NCBI GenBank assembly: GCA_964515065.1
Contig: CAZESR010000002.1
Span: forward strand, 3,419 to 67,418
Source: an uncultured Piscirickettsiaceae bacterium
Lineage (GTDB): Bacteria > Pseudomonadota > Gammaproteobacteria > PS1 > Pseudothioglobaceae
DNA length: 64,000 nt
Direction of reading: 5' to 3'
Part shown: positions 31,295 to 41,761 of the stretch, piece by piece
Layout: every line of letters starts with the position of its first letter
Position numbering within the stretch: position 1 is the stretch's first letter
The notes under the pieces: model-generated
Database searches by the model: none
The model's input: the letters and a program-made list of their open reading frames with translations, nothing else
What the model was told of the DNA's origin: nothing
Translations under genes and position numbers: made by a program

Positions 31295-34033
31295 TTAATG
31301 GGCTTCTTGCCAGTTTGACCCTATTCCCACATCCACTTCAAGAGGTATACTTAACTTTAAGGCATTTGACATCAGTACTTTTATGTTTTTTGCATATTCA
31401 TCTGCCATTTTTGACTTAAGTTCAAAGACAAGTTCATCATGAACCTGCATAAACATCTTTATCTCATGACCTTCTTTATCAATCCAAGCCTGAATATCTA
31501 GCATAGCTTTCTTTATAATGTCCGCCGAAGAGCCCTGCATAGGAGCGTTAATTGCCGTTCTCAATGCATGCTGCTGAACCATTTTATTTTTTGAATTAAT
31601 TTGCGGTAGATAAAGCCTCCTTCCAAGAACTGTTTCTACATATCCTTGTGATTTTGCCTTTTCTTTGGTCTCCTCCATAAACTTCAAAACACCAGGATAA
31701 TTTTCAAAATAACCGTCAATATATTGCTTAGCTTCAGTCCTAGAGACCTCAATCTGCTTAGCTAAACCAAAAGCACTCATCCCATAAATCAAGCCAAAAT
31801 TAATAGCCTTAGCTTTTCTACGCTGATCTTTGGTAACCATTGAAATTTCAGTTTCAAAAACTTGCGCAGCTGTTGAACGATGAACATCTTCATTATTATT
31901 AAATGCCTCGATTAAGTTTTGATCCCCTGAAATGTGCGCCATAATCCTTAATTCAATTTGAGAATAGTCAGCAGCGAGAATCACATTCCCCTTATCAGCA
32001 ATAAAAGCAGACCTTATTTGTGCGCCTTGCTCTGTTCTTATAGGAATATTTTGAAAATTAGGCTTTGAAGAGGAGAGCCTTCCAGTGGCAGTAACTGCTT
32101 GATGATAAGAGGTATGAAGACGGCCAGTTCTTCGATTTATTTGTCTTGGTAGTGCCTCAAGATAAGTTGAATTTAGCTTCGTTAGGGTTCTATAGGACAT
32201 AATCAGGTCAACGAGAGGATGATCCAATAACTTTAATGCTTCTTCATTTGTCGAGGGCTGTCCTTTTGCTGTTTTCTTTTTAGGCTCAAGTCCAAAGCCT
32301 TCTTCACTAAATAAAATTTGTTGAATTTGCTTTGGTGATTCAAGATTGAATTCATCTCCTGCGACCTCGTATGCCTCGGATTGAATTTTTGCCATTTCCG
32401 CCTTAATCTCGTTTTGCTGATTAAAAAGAGACATTTCATCTAGCAATGCGCCATTCCTCTCCAACCTCAGCATGACCTTTATCAAAGGAAGCTCTATAGT
32501 CTTATAAAGTGCTAGTAATTTGGGAAAATTCTGCAATTTGGACTCAAATAAATTATTGAGCTCATTGGTGATAATGACATCTTCACATGCATAAGGCATA
32601 GCTTCTTCAATATTTACTTGATTGAATGTCAGTTGTTTTTTTCCACTTCCAGCTACATCTGAATAATGAATAGTTTCATAGCCAAGATAATGAAGTGCAA
32701 GATCATCCATATTATGACGACTCGCAACTGAATCTAGACAATAGGATTTAACCATCGTATCGTCTTTAATTCCATTGAGATTAATATCTACGTTAGCTAA
32801 AACATGGGCATCATACTTTAAATTTTGCCCAATCTTGCCTATTGATGAACTTTCCAAAAAAGGCTTAAGGGATGTCAAAACATTCTGTCTTTTTAACTGA
32901 ATTGGAGCATCCAAATAGTCATGAGCAACTGGCAAATAATAACTATTCTTTTCAACTAAAAATACAAATCCAACTATTTGTGCCTCCATATAATCGAGGC
33001 TATTGGTCTCTAAATCAAAAACAAAAGATTCACTTGAGGAAAGTTTCGATAGCAAGCTTTTGAAATCATCTTCACTCAGAATCAGCTCTCTTGTATAGTC
33101 ATCCAAAGACAATTTTGAATTAATGCCCTCAACCTTATCTTTTTCTTGATTATTCTCACCAGACTCCTGAACTTTAGAAGGCCTTTGATCATCTAATTGT
33201 TTTAGCCACATAGAGAAACCATACTCTTTATAGAGCGCTATCAATTCTTCAGTATTTTCCCCAGGCTCATCTTCAAAAATGTTAAAAGGTAATTCCACAT
33301 CAAATTTTAGTTTCACTAATTGATAAGAAAGGTCTAACAAATCAAAAGACTCCCTAAGCTTTTCACCAACCTTTCCACCAATTTTTTCTGCATTAGCTTT
33401 GACTCCAGCTATATCATCATAGAGTTCAAGCCATTTTGCAGCAGTCTTTGGGCCGACACTATGAACACCTGGAATATTGTCAGAGGAATCTCCAGTTAGT
33501 GCCAATAAATCAAGAATTTGATTGGGCTTTACCCCCATTTTTTCTTTAACGTCGCCCTCAGAAAAGAGTTTTCCCTTCATATCCAATTGCTTTACATTAC
33601 CGCCAACCAACTGGAAAAGATCTTTATCTCCACTAGCAATGATCGTTTCAATGCCTTTATCATTTGCAAATTTTGATAAAGTAGCAATCACATCATCAGC
33701 CTCAACTCCTTCTTCACATAAAAAGTGAAAGCCCATTGCTCTAACAATTTTGTACAAAGGTTCAATCTGAGCAATTAAGTCATCGTGAGCTGGACTTCTG
33801 TTTGCCTTATATTCAGGGAAAATTTCATGGCGAAAGTTAGTCCCTTTTGAATCAAAGACCATAATCAGTTTTGCACCATTATATTTTCTTTGTAAATGCT
33901 TAATTGCGTTGACAACTCCAAACATGGCACCAGTAGGAAATCCACTTTCATTAGTAAGGTTTTGGGAAATAGTTGAAAAATAGGAGCGGAATAAAAATGC
34001 CGTTCCGTCAACTAAAATGAGAGGTTGATTCAT
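31295..34033 (-). CDS. polA: DNA polymerase I
   Basis: 5'-3' exonuclease (EADD, GDSSDN), 3'-5' exonuclease DLET, DYSQIELR, KAINFGLIYG, VHDE. Confidence 0.98.
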   Translation of the reverse strand: MNQPLILVDGTAFLFRSYFSTISQNLTNESGFPTGAMFGVVNAIKHLQRKYNGAKLIMVFDSKGTNFRHEIFPEYKANRSPAHDDLIAQIEPLYKIVRAMGFHFLCEEGVEADDVIATLSKFANDKGIETIIASGDKDLFQLVGGNVKQLDMKGKLFSEGDVKEKMGVKPNQILDLLALTGDSSDNIPGVHSVGPKTAAKWLELYDDIAGVKANAEKIGGKVGEKLRESFDLLDLSYQLVKLKFDVELPFNIFEDEPGENTEELIALYKEYGFSMWLKQLDDQRPSKVQESGENNQEKDKVEGINSKLSLDDYTRELILSEDDFKSLLSKLSSSESFVFDLETNSLDYMEAQIVGFVFLVEKNSYYLPVAHDYLDAPIQLKRQNVLTSLKPFLESSSIGKIGQNLKYDAHVLANVDINLNGIKDDTMVKSYCLDSVASRHNMDDLALHYLGYETIHYSDVAGSGKKQLTFNQVNIEEAMPYACEDVIITNELNNLFESKLQNFPKLLALYKTIELPLIKVMLRLERNGALLDEMSLFNQQNEIKAEMAKIQSEAYEVAGDEFNLESPKQIQQILFSEEGFGLEPKKKTAKGQPSTNEEALKLLDHPLVDLIMSYRTLTKLNSTYLEALPRQINRRTGRLHTSYHQAVTATGRLSSSKPNFQNIPIRTEQGAQIRSAFIADKGNVILAADYSQIELRIMAHISGDQNLIEAFNNNEDVHRSTAAQVFETEISMVTKDQRRKAKAINFGLIYGMSAFGLAKQIEVSRTEAKQYIDGYFENYPGVLKFMEETKEKAKSQGYVETVLGRRLYLPQINSKNKMVQQHALRTAINAPMQGSSADIIKKAMLDIQAWIDKEGHEIKMFMQVHDELVFELKSKMADEYAKNIKVLMSNALKLSIPLEVDVGIGSNWQEAH

Positions 34034-34147
34034 ATCTAAATTTTACATCTAAACTAAGTTTTGATTGCTAGAAACTAATTATGAATTTATTATTCCTGAC
34101 TCTTTATTTTAGGCTTGAAAGCAACAATTGTTAGATAAAATATACTC

Positions 34148-34867
34148 ATGTCAGATGCTCTTATAACACTCAACAATATAAGTCTCAGCAATAATGGGAA
34201 AAATATCCTTGATGATGTCAGTTTTACACTACACCAAGGTGAATTTATTACGCTCATTGGACCAAATGGAGCAGGAAAAAGTTCGTTAATTAAAATTTTA
34301 TTAGGTGTCATTAAACAAGACTCTGGTGATATATCCTATAAAGGCGATATAAGACTTGGCTACACACCTCAAACTTTTACAGCAAATCCCTACATACCTA
34401 TATCTGTCAAGGACTTTCTTACTTTAAATCAGAAACTAGATTCCGTGTTTATGCAACAGACTTTTGATTTGACAGGTATAAACGAATTGTTACAATCACC
34501 GCTAAAAAATCTTTCTGGCGGTGAATTACAGAAAGTTTTATTGACTAGAGCCTTACTCAATAAACCGAATGTATTAATACTAGATGAGCCTGCTCAAAAT
34601 CTAGATGTTGACGGCCAAATGCAGCTATATAAACTGATCCAAGATATCCATCAACAGCAGAACTGTGCAGTGTTAATGGTATCTCATGATCTACATCGAG
34701 TAATGAAAGAATCGACTCAGGTTCTATGCTTATATCATCATATCTGCTGCGAAGGCCTTCCAGAATCGATTTTAAAAGATGAAAAGTTTAACGACCTTTT
34801 CGCAGATCAAATTAATGACTTAATGGCAACTTACGAACATCATCATAATCATCATCATGAGCATTAA
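34148..34867 (+). CDS. znuC: Zn/metal ABC transporter ATP-binding protein
   Basis: GPNGAGKS, LSGGE, LDEP, SHDL, HICCEG, His-rich tail HHHNHHHEH. Confidence 0.85.
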   Translation: MSDALITLNNISLSNNGKNILDDVSFTLHQGEFITLIGPNGAGKSSLIKILLGVIKQDSGDISYKGDIRLGYTPQTFTANPYIPISVKDFLTLNQKLDSVFMQQTFDLTGINELLQSPLKNLSGGELQKVLLTRALLNKPNVLILDEPAQNLDVDGQMQLYKLIQDIHQQQNCAVLMVSHDLHRVMKESTQVLCLYHHICCEGLPESILKDEKFNDLFADQINDLMATYEHHHNHHHEH

Positions 34868-34924
34868 GATTATCTAAAAACTCTTGTAAATGATATAATT
34901 CCCCCTTTTTTTTAAGTTAAAAAT

Positions 34925-35740
34925 ATGAAAGATATTATTGAATCAGCTTTCGAAGACAGAAATCATTTGACTCCTGATACTGCTAGTTCTGAGGTCAAAG
35001 AAGCTGTCAATGAAGCAATACATTTACTGGACTCTGGAAAAGCTAGAGTTGCTGAACAAAAAGGAGTAGGTGATTGGCAAGTTAATGAGTGGCTAAAGAA
35101 GGCTGTCCTTCTCTCATTTAGACTCGCTGATAACGTTCCTATGCCTTCTGGATTTACTCAGTACTTTGACAAAGTACCTTCTAAATATGCCGACACAACT
35201 GAAAAGGAATTTCAAGCTTCAGGTGTTAGGGTAGTTCCCCCAGCAACTGCAAGAAAAGGCTCATATGTTGCCCCCAATACTGTATTAATGCCTTCTTACG
35301 TAAATATAGGGGCTTACGTAGACTCAGGAACAATGGTTGATACTTGGGCAACTGTTGGCTCATGTGCTCAAATTGGAAAAAATGTTCACCTTTCAGGGGG
35401 TGTTGGTATTGGTGGTGTTCTAGAACCATTGCAAGCAAGTCCAACGATAATTGAAGATGATTGTTTTATTGGTGCAAGATCTGAAGTAGTTGAAGGAGTT
35501 ATTGTTGAACAAGGGGCAGTTATATCAATGGGCGTTTATATTGGCCAATCAACGAAAATTTTTAATCGAATGACTGGGGAAGTTAGTTATGGTCGAATTC
35601 CTGCTGGATCTGTGGTTGTTTCTGGAAACCTACCTTCCTCAGATGGCAGCTATTCGCTCTATTGCGCAGTTATAGTTAAACAGGTCGATGCTAAAACAAG
35701 ATCAAAAGTTGGAATTAACGAGCTACTTCGAGGAATTTAA
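34925..35740 (+). CDS. dapD: Tetrahydrodipicolinate N-succinyltransferase
   Basis: [34 protein letters not shown]. Confidence 0.98.
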   Translation: MKDIIESAFEDRNHLTPDTASSEVKEAVNEAIHLLDSGKARVAEQKGVGDWQVNEWLKKAVLLSFRLADNVPMPSGFTQYFDKVPSKYADTTEKEFQASGVRVVPPATARKGSYVAPNTVLMPSYVNIGAYVDSGTMVDTWATVGSCAQIGKNVHLSGGVGIGGVLEPLQASPTIIEDDCFIGARSEVVEGVIVEQGAVISMGVYIGQSTKIFNRMTGEVSYGRIPAGSVVVSGNLPSSDGSYSLYCAVIVKQVDAKTRSKVGINELLRGI

Positions 35741-35762
35741 CTTTTTAACTTATTCAAATAAT

Positions 35763-35790
35763 AAAAAACCCGCATAAAGGCGGGTTTTTT
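35763..35790. terminator. Bidirectional intrinsic terminator (dapD / small protein copy 1)
   Basis: AAAAAA-CCCGC-ATAAAG-GCGGG-TTTTTT. Confidence 0.9.
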
Positions 35791-35810
35791 ATCGAGTTAA
35801 TATGCTATTG

Positions 35811-36029
35811 TTACCTGGTATAGATTTTGTATATTAACCCCGCAGCAATTAGTCCTACCAAGTTAGCAGAGCCCATTGCATTAATAATAGCAAGTAAGTG
35901 ACCAGTTACATCGCCAGGAAGGAATGCAGCGTCAGCGCCAAAGATTATTTGAACAACCACTGCAAGTGCGATTACTGCTACGCCTGCTTCAGTTAACTTT
36001 TTTGCCCATCCAATTACGTTGTCTAACAT
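35811..36029 (-). CDS. Small hydrophobic protein of unknown function, copy 1 (72 aa)
   Basis: SD GGAGAG, own terminator, paralog next door, 2-3 hydrophobic helices. Confidence 0.85.
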   Translation of the reverse strand: MLDNVIGWAKKLTEAGVAVIALAVVVQIIFGADAAFLPGDVTGHLLAIINAMGSANLVGLIAAGLIYKIYTR

Positions 36030-36080
36030 ATCTTCTCTCCATTTGTTAAAAAGATAACCAGCATCTCTACCGATTGATGG

Positions 36081-36111
36081 ACTTTTTATAGTATCAATAT
36101 AACTATGTCAA
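36081..36111 (-). promoter_or_regulatory. Putative promoter of copy 1 (TTGACA-N15-TATAAA)
   Basis: Block conserved in both duplicated units while the spacer diverges. Confidence 0.6.
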
Positions 36112-36200
36112 GTTTTCTAGATTGCATTTTTGGGAAAAAACGCTGAATTTGTTGCATTAATAGGACTTAACATAGCAATAGAAATATTTCTAAAAACAAT

Positions 36201-36228
36201 AAAAAACCCGCCAAGTGGCGGGTTTTTT
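36201..36228 (-). terminator. Intrinsic terminator of small protein copy 2
   Basis: AAAAAA-CCCGCC-AAGT-GGCGGG-TTTTTT. Confidence 0.9.
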
Positions 36229-36248
36229 ATTGAGTTAATATGGAAGGT

Positions 36249-36464
36249 TTACTTGAGGATTTGGTACAACAATCCTGCAGTAACTAAGCCAACTAAACCA
36301 GCAGCACCAAGTGAGCCAATTAAACCCATAAGAGTAGCAACAACATCACCAGGAAGGAATGCTACGCTTGAACCAAAGATTACTTGAACAACAATTGCAA
36401 GTCCTACAAGACCTACGCCTGCTTCCGTTAATTTTTTTATCCAACCAGTTACATTACTTAACAT
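36249..36464 (-). CDS. Small hydrophobic protein of unknown function, copy 2 (71 aa)
   Basis: 42/71 identical to copy 1 by manual count; SD GGAGAG. Confidence 0.85.
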   Translation of the reverse strand: MLSNVTGWIKKLTEAGVGLVGLAIVVQVIFGSSVAFLPGDVVATLMGLIGSLGAAGLVGLVTAGLLYQILK

Positions 36465-36515
36465 ATTTTCTCTCCATTAGTTATAAAGATAACCGACATC
36501 TTTGCCGATTGGTGC

Positions 36516-36546
36516 ACTTTTTATAGTATCGAAAACTGGGTGTCAA
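36516..36546 (-). promoter_or_regulatory. Putative promoter of copy 2 (TTGACA-N15-TATAAA)
   Basis: CTTGACA-N10-GATACTATAAAAAGT, identical to the copy 1 block. Confidence 0.6.
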
Positions 36547-36631
36547 GTTTAATTGATGAAAAAAAACTAATAATTCGGCAAAAATGGCTATTAATAGCCA
36601 AAAAGTTGCAAAAAAACAACAAAAATTAGTC

Positions 36632-37474
36632 TCAAATTGCTACAGACAAGAAAATCCCCGCAAATACAGTCATACCAACGTAATTGTTATGGATAAAAGC
36701 CTTGAAATATTGCTCATTTAGACGTTTTTTCATTAAATATTGATGATAAATCATAAAAAATCCAATAATAATTAATGAAAAGTAGTAAATTTGTCCTAAA
36801 TTAAAGGAGCTTCCAATAATTAATAAAATCAAAATAAGTAGTAATTGTAAGAATGCAATAACAATTTGATCATAATTTTTAAACAGAATTGCAGTCGACT
36901 TCACGCCAATTTTTATATCCTCATCTCGATCAGCCATAGCATATAGAGTATCGTAAATTAGGGTCCAAACTAAGGATGCAAGAAAAATGAGTCCTGCCTC
37001 TAATGGTAAAGAACCAGTTTGTGCTGCAAAAGCCATTGGAACGCTCATTCCGAAAGCAGCCCCTAAGACCAATTGTGGAAGGTTGGTCCACCTTTTAGTG
37101 AATGGATAAATCGTGGCAAGTCCTGCAGCAATAAATGACAGCTGAATTGTTAATAAATTTGTTTGAAGCACTAAAATAAAAGCCAGAAGTACTAATATTA
37201 CAAATAATATTAATGCTGATCTTGGTGAAATCTCGCCTGACGTAAGTGGCCTTTTATGTGTTCTTTTAACATGTTTATCAATATTTCGATCCGCATAATC
37301 ATTTATTACGCACCCTGCCGTTCTCATGACAACAACTCCCAGTGTAAATATAATTAACAAATCAATGTCTGGCCATCCATCTGAACTCAGGAATAGCGCC
37401 CAATAAGTTGGCCATAAAAGCAATAAAGAGCCAATAGGTTTGTCGAGTCTCATTAATCGAATATATGCATTCAT
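36632..37474 (-). CDS. ubiA: 4-hydroxybenzoate polyprenyltransferase
   Basis: RLDKPIG, GCVINDYADR, RPL, YDTLYAMADRDED. Confidence 0.97.
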   Translation of the reverse strand: MNAYIRLMRLDKPIGSLLLLWPTYWALFLSSDGWPDIDLLIIFTLGVVVMRTAGCVINDYADRNIDKHVKRTHKRPLTSGEISPRSALILFVILVLLAFILVLQTNLLTIQLSFIAAGLATIYPFTKRWTNLPQLVLGAAFGMSVPMAFAAQTGSLPLEAGLIFLASLVWTLIYDTLYAMADRDEDIKIGVKSTAILFKNYDQIVIAFLQLLLILILLIIGSSFNLGQIYYFSLIIIGFFMIYHQYLMKKRLNEQYFKAFIHNNYVGMTVFAGIFLSVAI

Positions 37475-38394
37475 AGTTTTTTTAAAAATTCTTCTAAATC
37501 AGATGGCAATGGTGCTGTTACTTTCTGAACTTCATTTGAAATCGGGTTTGTAAAAGTTATTGTCTTTGCATGCAAAAATAACCTTTTTAAACCTTTCTTT
37601 TTCATAAACTGATCGAAAGCTATATCACCATACTTAGTATCTTGTGCTACAGGGTGCCCTGCAAACTTAGCATGTACACGTATTTGATGTGTTCTACCAG
37701 TTTCTATCAATATTTCGACTAATGATGCACTAAACTCGCCTAATTCAAAGTTTTTTACTGGATGAAAGTGACTTAAAGAGTCTTTACCCTTTGAATCAAT
37801 AACACTGTATCTGGAGTTTTGATAAATTGGCGCATCAATAGTATGCCTCTTCTTACTCCAAGTATCTTTAACAAGCGCGATATATCGTTTTTCTAATTGA
37901 TGATTAAGTAGCTGTGCATGCAATGACTTTAGTACTGATCTTTTTTTAGCAAGAAGCAAACATCCAGAAGTAGCACGATCCAATCTGTGAACTAACTCTA
38001 TTGGTTCTTTGTATCGAGATTTAAGTGCCTCAATCATCCCAACGCTAATTCCACTTCCACCATGAACTGACAACCCATGACTTTTATTGATTACTAATAA
38101 GCCTTTGTCCTCATAAAGAATTGCATTATCAAGTGACTTTAATAGGCTTTCTGAAGGCTTAATCTCTTTTTCTGATGAAGTTCTAATGGGTGGTATTCTA
38201 ATTAAATCTTCAGCTTTCAGCTTATAATCAGCCTTCTTTCTGCCTTTATTTACTCTAACCTCACCTTTTCTAATGATGCGATAAATTCTAGATTTAGGAA
38301 CACCCTTAAGTTGCTTGATTAAATAGTTATCAAGTCTTTGCCCAACAGAAAAGTTGTCAACAGTTATAAACCTCGGAGCATTATGGAAAGTCAT
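37471..38394 (-). CDS. rluC: 23S rRNA pseudouridine synthase C
   Basis: N-terminal S4 domain (QRLDNYL, GEVRVN), HRLDRATSG, GRTHQIRVH. Confidence 0.9.
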   Translation of the reverse strand: MTFHNAPRFITVDNFSVGQRLDNYLIKQLKGVPKSRIYRIIRKGEVRVNKGRKKADYKLKAEDLIRIPPIRTSSEKEIKPSESLLKSLDNAILYEDKGLLVINKSHGLSVHGGSGISVGMIEALKSRYKEPIELVHRLDRATSGCLLLAKKRSVLKSLHAQLLNHQLEKRYIALVKDTWSKKRHTIDAPIYQNSRYSVIDSKGKDSLSHFHPVKNFELGEFSASLVEILIETGRTHQIRVHAKFAGHPVAQDTKYGDIAFDQFMKKKGLKRLFLHAKTITFTNPISNEVQKVTAPLPSDLEEFLKKL

Positions 38395-38398
38395 AAGC

Positions 38399-39169
38399 TC
38401 AAGAGAAAAATAACTGATTGAAATTTTGAGTTGTTACTTTGGCAATCTCTGAAATACTCGTATTGCGAATCTCAGCAAGCTTTTCAGCAACATAGTATGT
38501 ATAAGCCGGACTATTTGGCTTGCCTCTGTAAGGAACTGGAGTCAGATAAGGCGAATCTGTTTCTATCAAAATACGATCAGCAGGAATTTGTTTTGCTACC
38601 TCTCTTAAGTCTTGTGCACTTTTAAAGGTAAGAATGCCAGAAAAAGAAATATAAAACCCTAAATCTAGAGCCGCTTTCGCGGTCTCCATATCCTCTGCGA
38701 AACAATGCATAACACCTTTTTTTGCTTTTTCACTTGAAAGAATATCTATTAAGTCATCTTTTGAATCTCTCATATGAATAATCATCGGCTTACCGGAATC
38801 ATTTGAAGCAATAATATGCCTTTTAAACCTAACTCTCTGCCAATCAGCTTGATCTCTTCTCACATGAAAATAATCTAAACCTGTCTCGCCAATAGCAATT
38901 ACTCTATCACTCTTGGCATACTCTAAAAGCTCCTCAACCGATGGCTCCTTGCAATTCATTTCTGTTGGATGAACGCCAACAGATGCGTAGATGTTGGGAT
39001 AAGATTTTGAAAGATTATGGACTTCATCAAAATGCTCTAAATCAATACAAACACAAAGAAACTTCGAAACTGAAAGGTCGTCCGCATGTTCTAACATTGA
39101 CTCTATACTCCCGCCAAAAGCATTCAAATCTACACGATCAATATGGCAATGGGAATCGACTATTTGCAT
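38399..39169 (-). CDS. TatD-family hydrolase
   Basis: DSHCH, GETGLDY, MHCF, ETDSPY. Confidence 0.95.
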   Translation of the reverse strand: MQIVDSHCHIDRVDLNAFGGSIESMLEHADDLSVSKFLCVCIDLEHFDEVHNLSKSYPNIYASVGVHPTEMNCKEPSVEELLEYAKSDRVIAIGETGLDYFHVRRDQADWQRVRFKRHIIASNDSGKPMIIHMRDSKDDLIDILSSEKAKKGVMHCFAEDMETAKAALDLGFYISFSGILTFKSAQDLREVAKQIPADRILIETDSPYLTPVPYRGKPNSPAYTYYVAEKLAEIRNTSISEIAKVTTQNFNQLFFS

Positions 39170-39176
39170 AACAAAA

Positions 39177-39788
39177 TTATATATTAATTTCTAAAAGTGA
39201 TCTCTTATCTGAGACAAATGGAACCTTCAAGTAATGAACTTTATAGTTAATTTTTTGAAGGTTTTCTTGGTCAATATTATCACCCTTCATAAGCAAATAT
39301 CGTCCGTCAGTAGAAATAAGGTGTCGAGTTTTTTCTATTGTATCGACTCCAGATGAAAAAGCCCTAGATACAATTTGTGGAAAAGATTCTTCATAATTAA
39401 AATTTTCAACCCTACTATTGATTACTGTTAAGTTTTCCAATGATAATTCAGTCTTTACAGTCTGCATAAATCGACATTTTTTTCCAACGCTATCGATAGT
39501 GATTACTTTAGTATTTGGCCTCATAATTGCGATTATGATTCCTGGCAAACCCGCACCAGAGCCAACATCTAAAAGTAATCCAGGTTTAATAAAACTCACT
39601 ATTGAGAGGCTATCCAGAAAATGCTTTTTTATTGACTCAATGGGGTCACGTATAGCACTTAGATTGTAAACTTTATTCCACTTGCTAATCAGCGCATGAT
39701 AGGCCAGGAGTTGATCAACTTGATAATCTGAAAGTCCTATATCCATTAACTCTGCTCCCTCACAAAGCAACTTTTCAAGCTCCCTCAC
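39177..39788 (-). CDS. rsmG: 16S rRNA m7G527 methyltransferase
   Basis: [28 protein letters not shown]. Confidence 0.96.
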   Translation of the reverse strand: MRELEKLLCEGAELMDIGLSDYQVDQLLAYHALISKWNKVYNLSAIRDPIESIKKHFLDSLSIVSFIKPGLLLDVGSGAGLPGIIIAIMRPNTKVITIDSVGKKCRFMQTVKTELSLENLTVINSRVENFNYEESFPQIVSRAFSSGVDTIEKTRHLISTDGRYLLMKGDNIDQENLQKINYKVHYLKVPFVSDKRSLLEINI

Positions 39789-41656
39789 GAATGCGTTTTA
39801 TAGGTTTTTAGAAATACAAGTAATATCGAAATTGAGGCGGGGGTGACCCCTTGAATTCTACTAGCCTGACCGATTGTTTCTGGCTTAAACTGATTCAACT
39901 TTTGTCTTACTTCATTTGATAGTGCTTTAATTTCGTTATAGTCAATTTCAGGTGAGAGCTTTGTATTCTCATTTTTACGATATTTTTCGATTTCGTCTAA
40001 CTGTCTTTTAATGTAGCCTTCATATTTGATTTGATTTTCAACTTGCTCAATAATCAGTTTATCTTCCAAAAAAGGCTTGGCGTTTTCAATCTTACTAAGC
40101 AATTTATAGTTGATATTAGGCCTTTTAAGCAAGGCCTCTAAGCTATATTCATGATTTAATTTGATTCCAAGAGCCTCTTCAGCTTGACTATCGCCTGATT
40201 GAACCCAATATGACTTTAAACGTTTTTTTTCGAGAGAAACCTGCTCGTACTTTCCATTAAAAGACTGCCAGCGAATATCATCTATAAGGCCTAAATCTCT
40301 GGCTTGTGGTGTCAATCTCTCATCTGCATTATCTTCTCTTAGAAGTAATCGATATTCTGCCCTTGAAGTAAACATTCGATATGGTTCTGTTGTCCCCTTA
40401 GTTGTTAAGTCGTCAACCATAACTCCAATATAAGATTCATCTCTCTTAGGAATCCATGCGTTTCTTTCTTGAACTTGAAGAGCTGCGTTAATACCTGCAA
40501 GCAATCCCTGAGCTGCAGCCTCTTCATATCCCGTCGTTCCGTTGATTTGTCCTGCAAAAAATAAACCTGATATTTTTTTAACCTCTAGGGTCTGTTTTAA
40601 ACCCCTTGGATCAAAAAAATCATATTCAATTGCATATCCTGGACGGATTATCTTTGCATTTTCAAAGCCCTTAATTGAGTTTACAAACTCTTCCTGAACA
40701 TCATAAGGTAATGAAGTAGAGATGCCATTTGGATAAACCTCATGTGTAGTTAAGCCTTCTGGTTCAACAAATATTTGATGAGAATCGCGTTCGGCAAACC
40801 TAACAACTTTATCTTCTATAGAGGGGCAGTATCTTGGACCAACTCCCTCAATTTTGCCACTAAAAAGAGGAGAGTCTTTCAATCCATTATTAATAAATTC
40901 GTGAGTTTTTGAGTTTGTATGTGTAATGAAGCAAGGTATCTGCTTAGGATGATCAGACGCTTTACCCATAAATGAAAAGCTTGGCAAAGGCATGTCACCT
41001 TCTTGTTTTTGAAGAACATTAAAATTAATTGTTCTGCCATCCAGTCTTGGCGGAGTCCCTGTTTTAAGCCTTCCAACACCTAAATCATAGGATCTTAATC
41101 TTTTAGATAATATGTTAGCAGGAGCATCTCCAGCCCTACCTCCCTGATAGTTTTGCTGACCAATATGAATAATTCCGCCTAAAAATGTACCTGAGGTCAA
41201 AATAACTCTATCTGCAAAAAATTCAAGGCCCATTTGTGTAACTACACCCTTAACTCTATTATTTTCTAAAATTAAATCATCAACTGGTTGCTGAAATATT
41301 GTTAAATTCTCTTGATTTTCAACTTTCTTTCTAATTTCAGCCTTATACAATAGTCTGTCTGCTTGTGCTCTCGTAGCTCTTACAGCAGGACCTTTTGATG
41401 CATTTAGAGTTCTAAACTGAATGCCTGATAAATCTATAGCTTGCGCCATAGAACCGCCCATAGCATCAACCTCTTTTACAAGATGTCCTTTACCGATTCC
41501 CCCAATGGCTGGATTGCAACTCATTTGGCCAATGGTCTCTATGTTATGAGTGATTAACAATGTATCTATACCCATTCGAGCTGAAGCAAGTGCAGCCTCA
41601 GTACCAGCATGGCCGCCTCCAACAACTATTACAGGATAATATTTACTTTGCTTCAT
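39785..41656 (-). CDS. mnmG: tRNA uridine 5-carboxymethylaminomethyl modification enzyme (GidA)
   Basis: [44 protein letters not shown]. Confidence 0.98.
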   Translation of the reverse strand: MKQSKYYPVIVVGGGHAGTEAALASARMGIDTLLITHNIETIGQMSCNPAIGGIGKGHLVKEVDAMGGSMAQAIDLSGIQFRTLNASKGPAVRATRAQADRLLYKAEIRKKVENQENLTIFQQPVDDLILENNRVKGVVTQMGLEFFADRVILTSGTFLGGIIHIGQQNYQGGRAGDAPANILSKRLRSYDLGVGRLKTGTPPRLDGRTINFNVLQKQEGDMPLPSFSFMGKASDHPKQIPCFITHTNSKTHEFINNGLKDSPLFSGKIEGVGPRYCPSIEDKVVRFAERDSHQIFVEPEGLTTHEVYPNGISTSLPYDVQEEFVNSIKGFENAKIIRPGYAIEYDFFDPRGLKQTLEVKKISGLFFAGQINGTTGYEEAAAQGLLAGINAALQVQERNAWIPKRDESYIGVMVDDLTTKGTTEPYRMFTSRAEYRLLLREDNADERLTPQARDLGLIDDIRWQSFNGKYEQVSLEKKRLKSYWVQSGDSQAEEALGIKLNHEYSLEALLKRPNINYKLLSKIENAKPFLEDKLIIEQVENQIKYEGYIKRQLDEIEKYRKNENTKLSPEIDYNEIKALSNEVRQKLNQFKPETIGQASRIQGVTPASISILLVFLKTYKTHS

Positions 41657-41674
41657 TCTTTTATAAGTCTCAAT

Positions 41675-41700
41675 AAAAAAGGCCCGATAAATCGGGCCTT
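41675..41700 (-). terminator. Intrinsic terminator of the tkt-gap-pgk-pyk-fba operon
   Basis: Minus strand AAGGCCCGA-TTTA-TCGGGCC-TTTTTT. Confidence 0.85.
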
Positions 41701-41761
41701 ACATTATACGCCTTAAGGCTATGACTTGATAAATTTAGTCATAGCTTAAAATAACGCAATA

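Noticed and set aside
34034-34147. Zur box upstream of znuC
   Set aside because: Only a weak partial TGTTA half-site; no convincing palindrome.
35763-36228. The two similar hairpins as REP/MITE or CRISPR repeats
   Set aside because: Only two copies, each directly after a paralogous gene; they are duplicated terminators.
41657-41761. oriC upstream of mnmG (gidA)
   Set aside because: The spacer is only about 105 bp with no DnaA boxes (TTATCCACA) and no AT-rich 13-mers.
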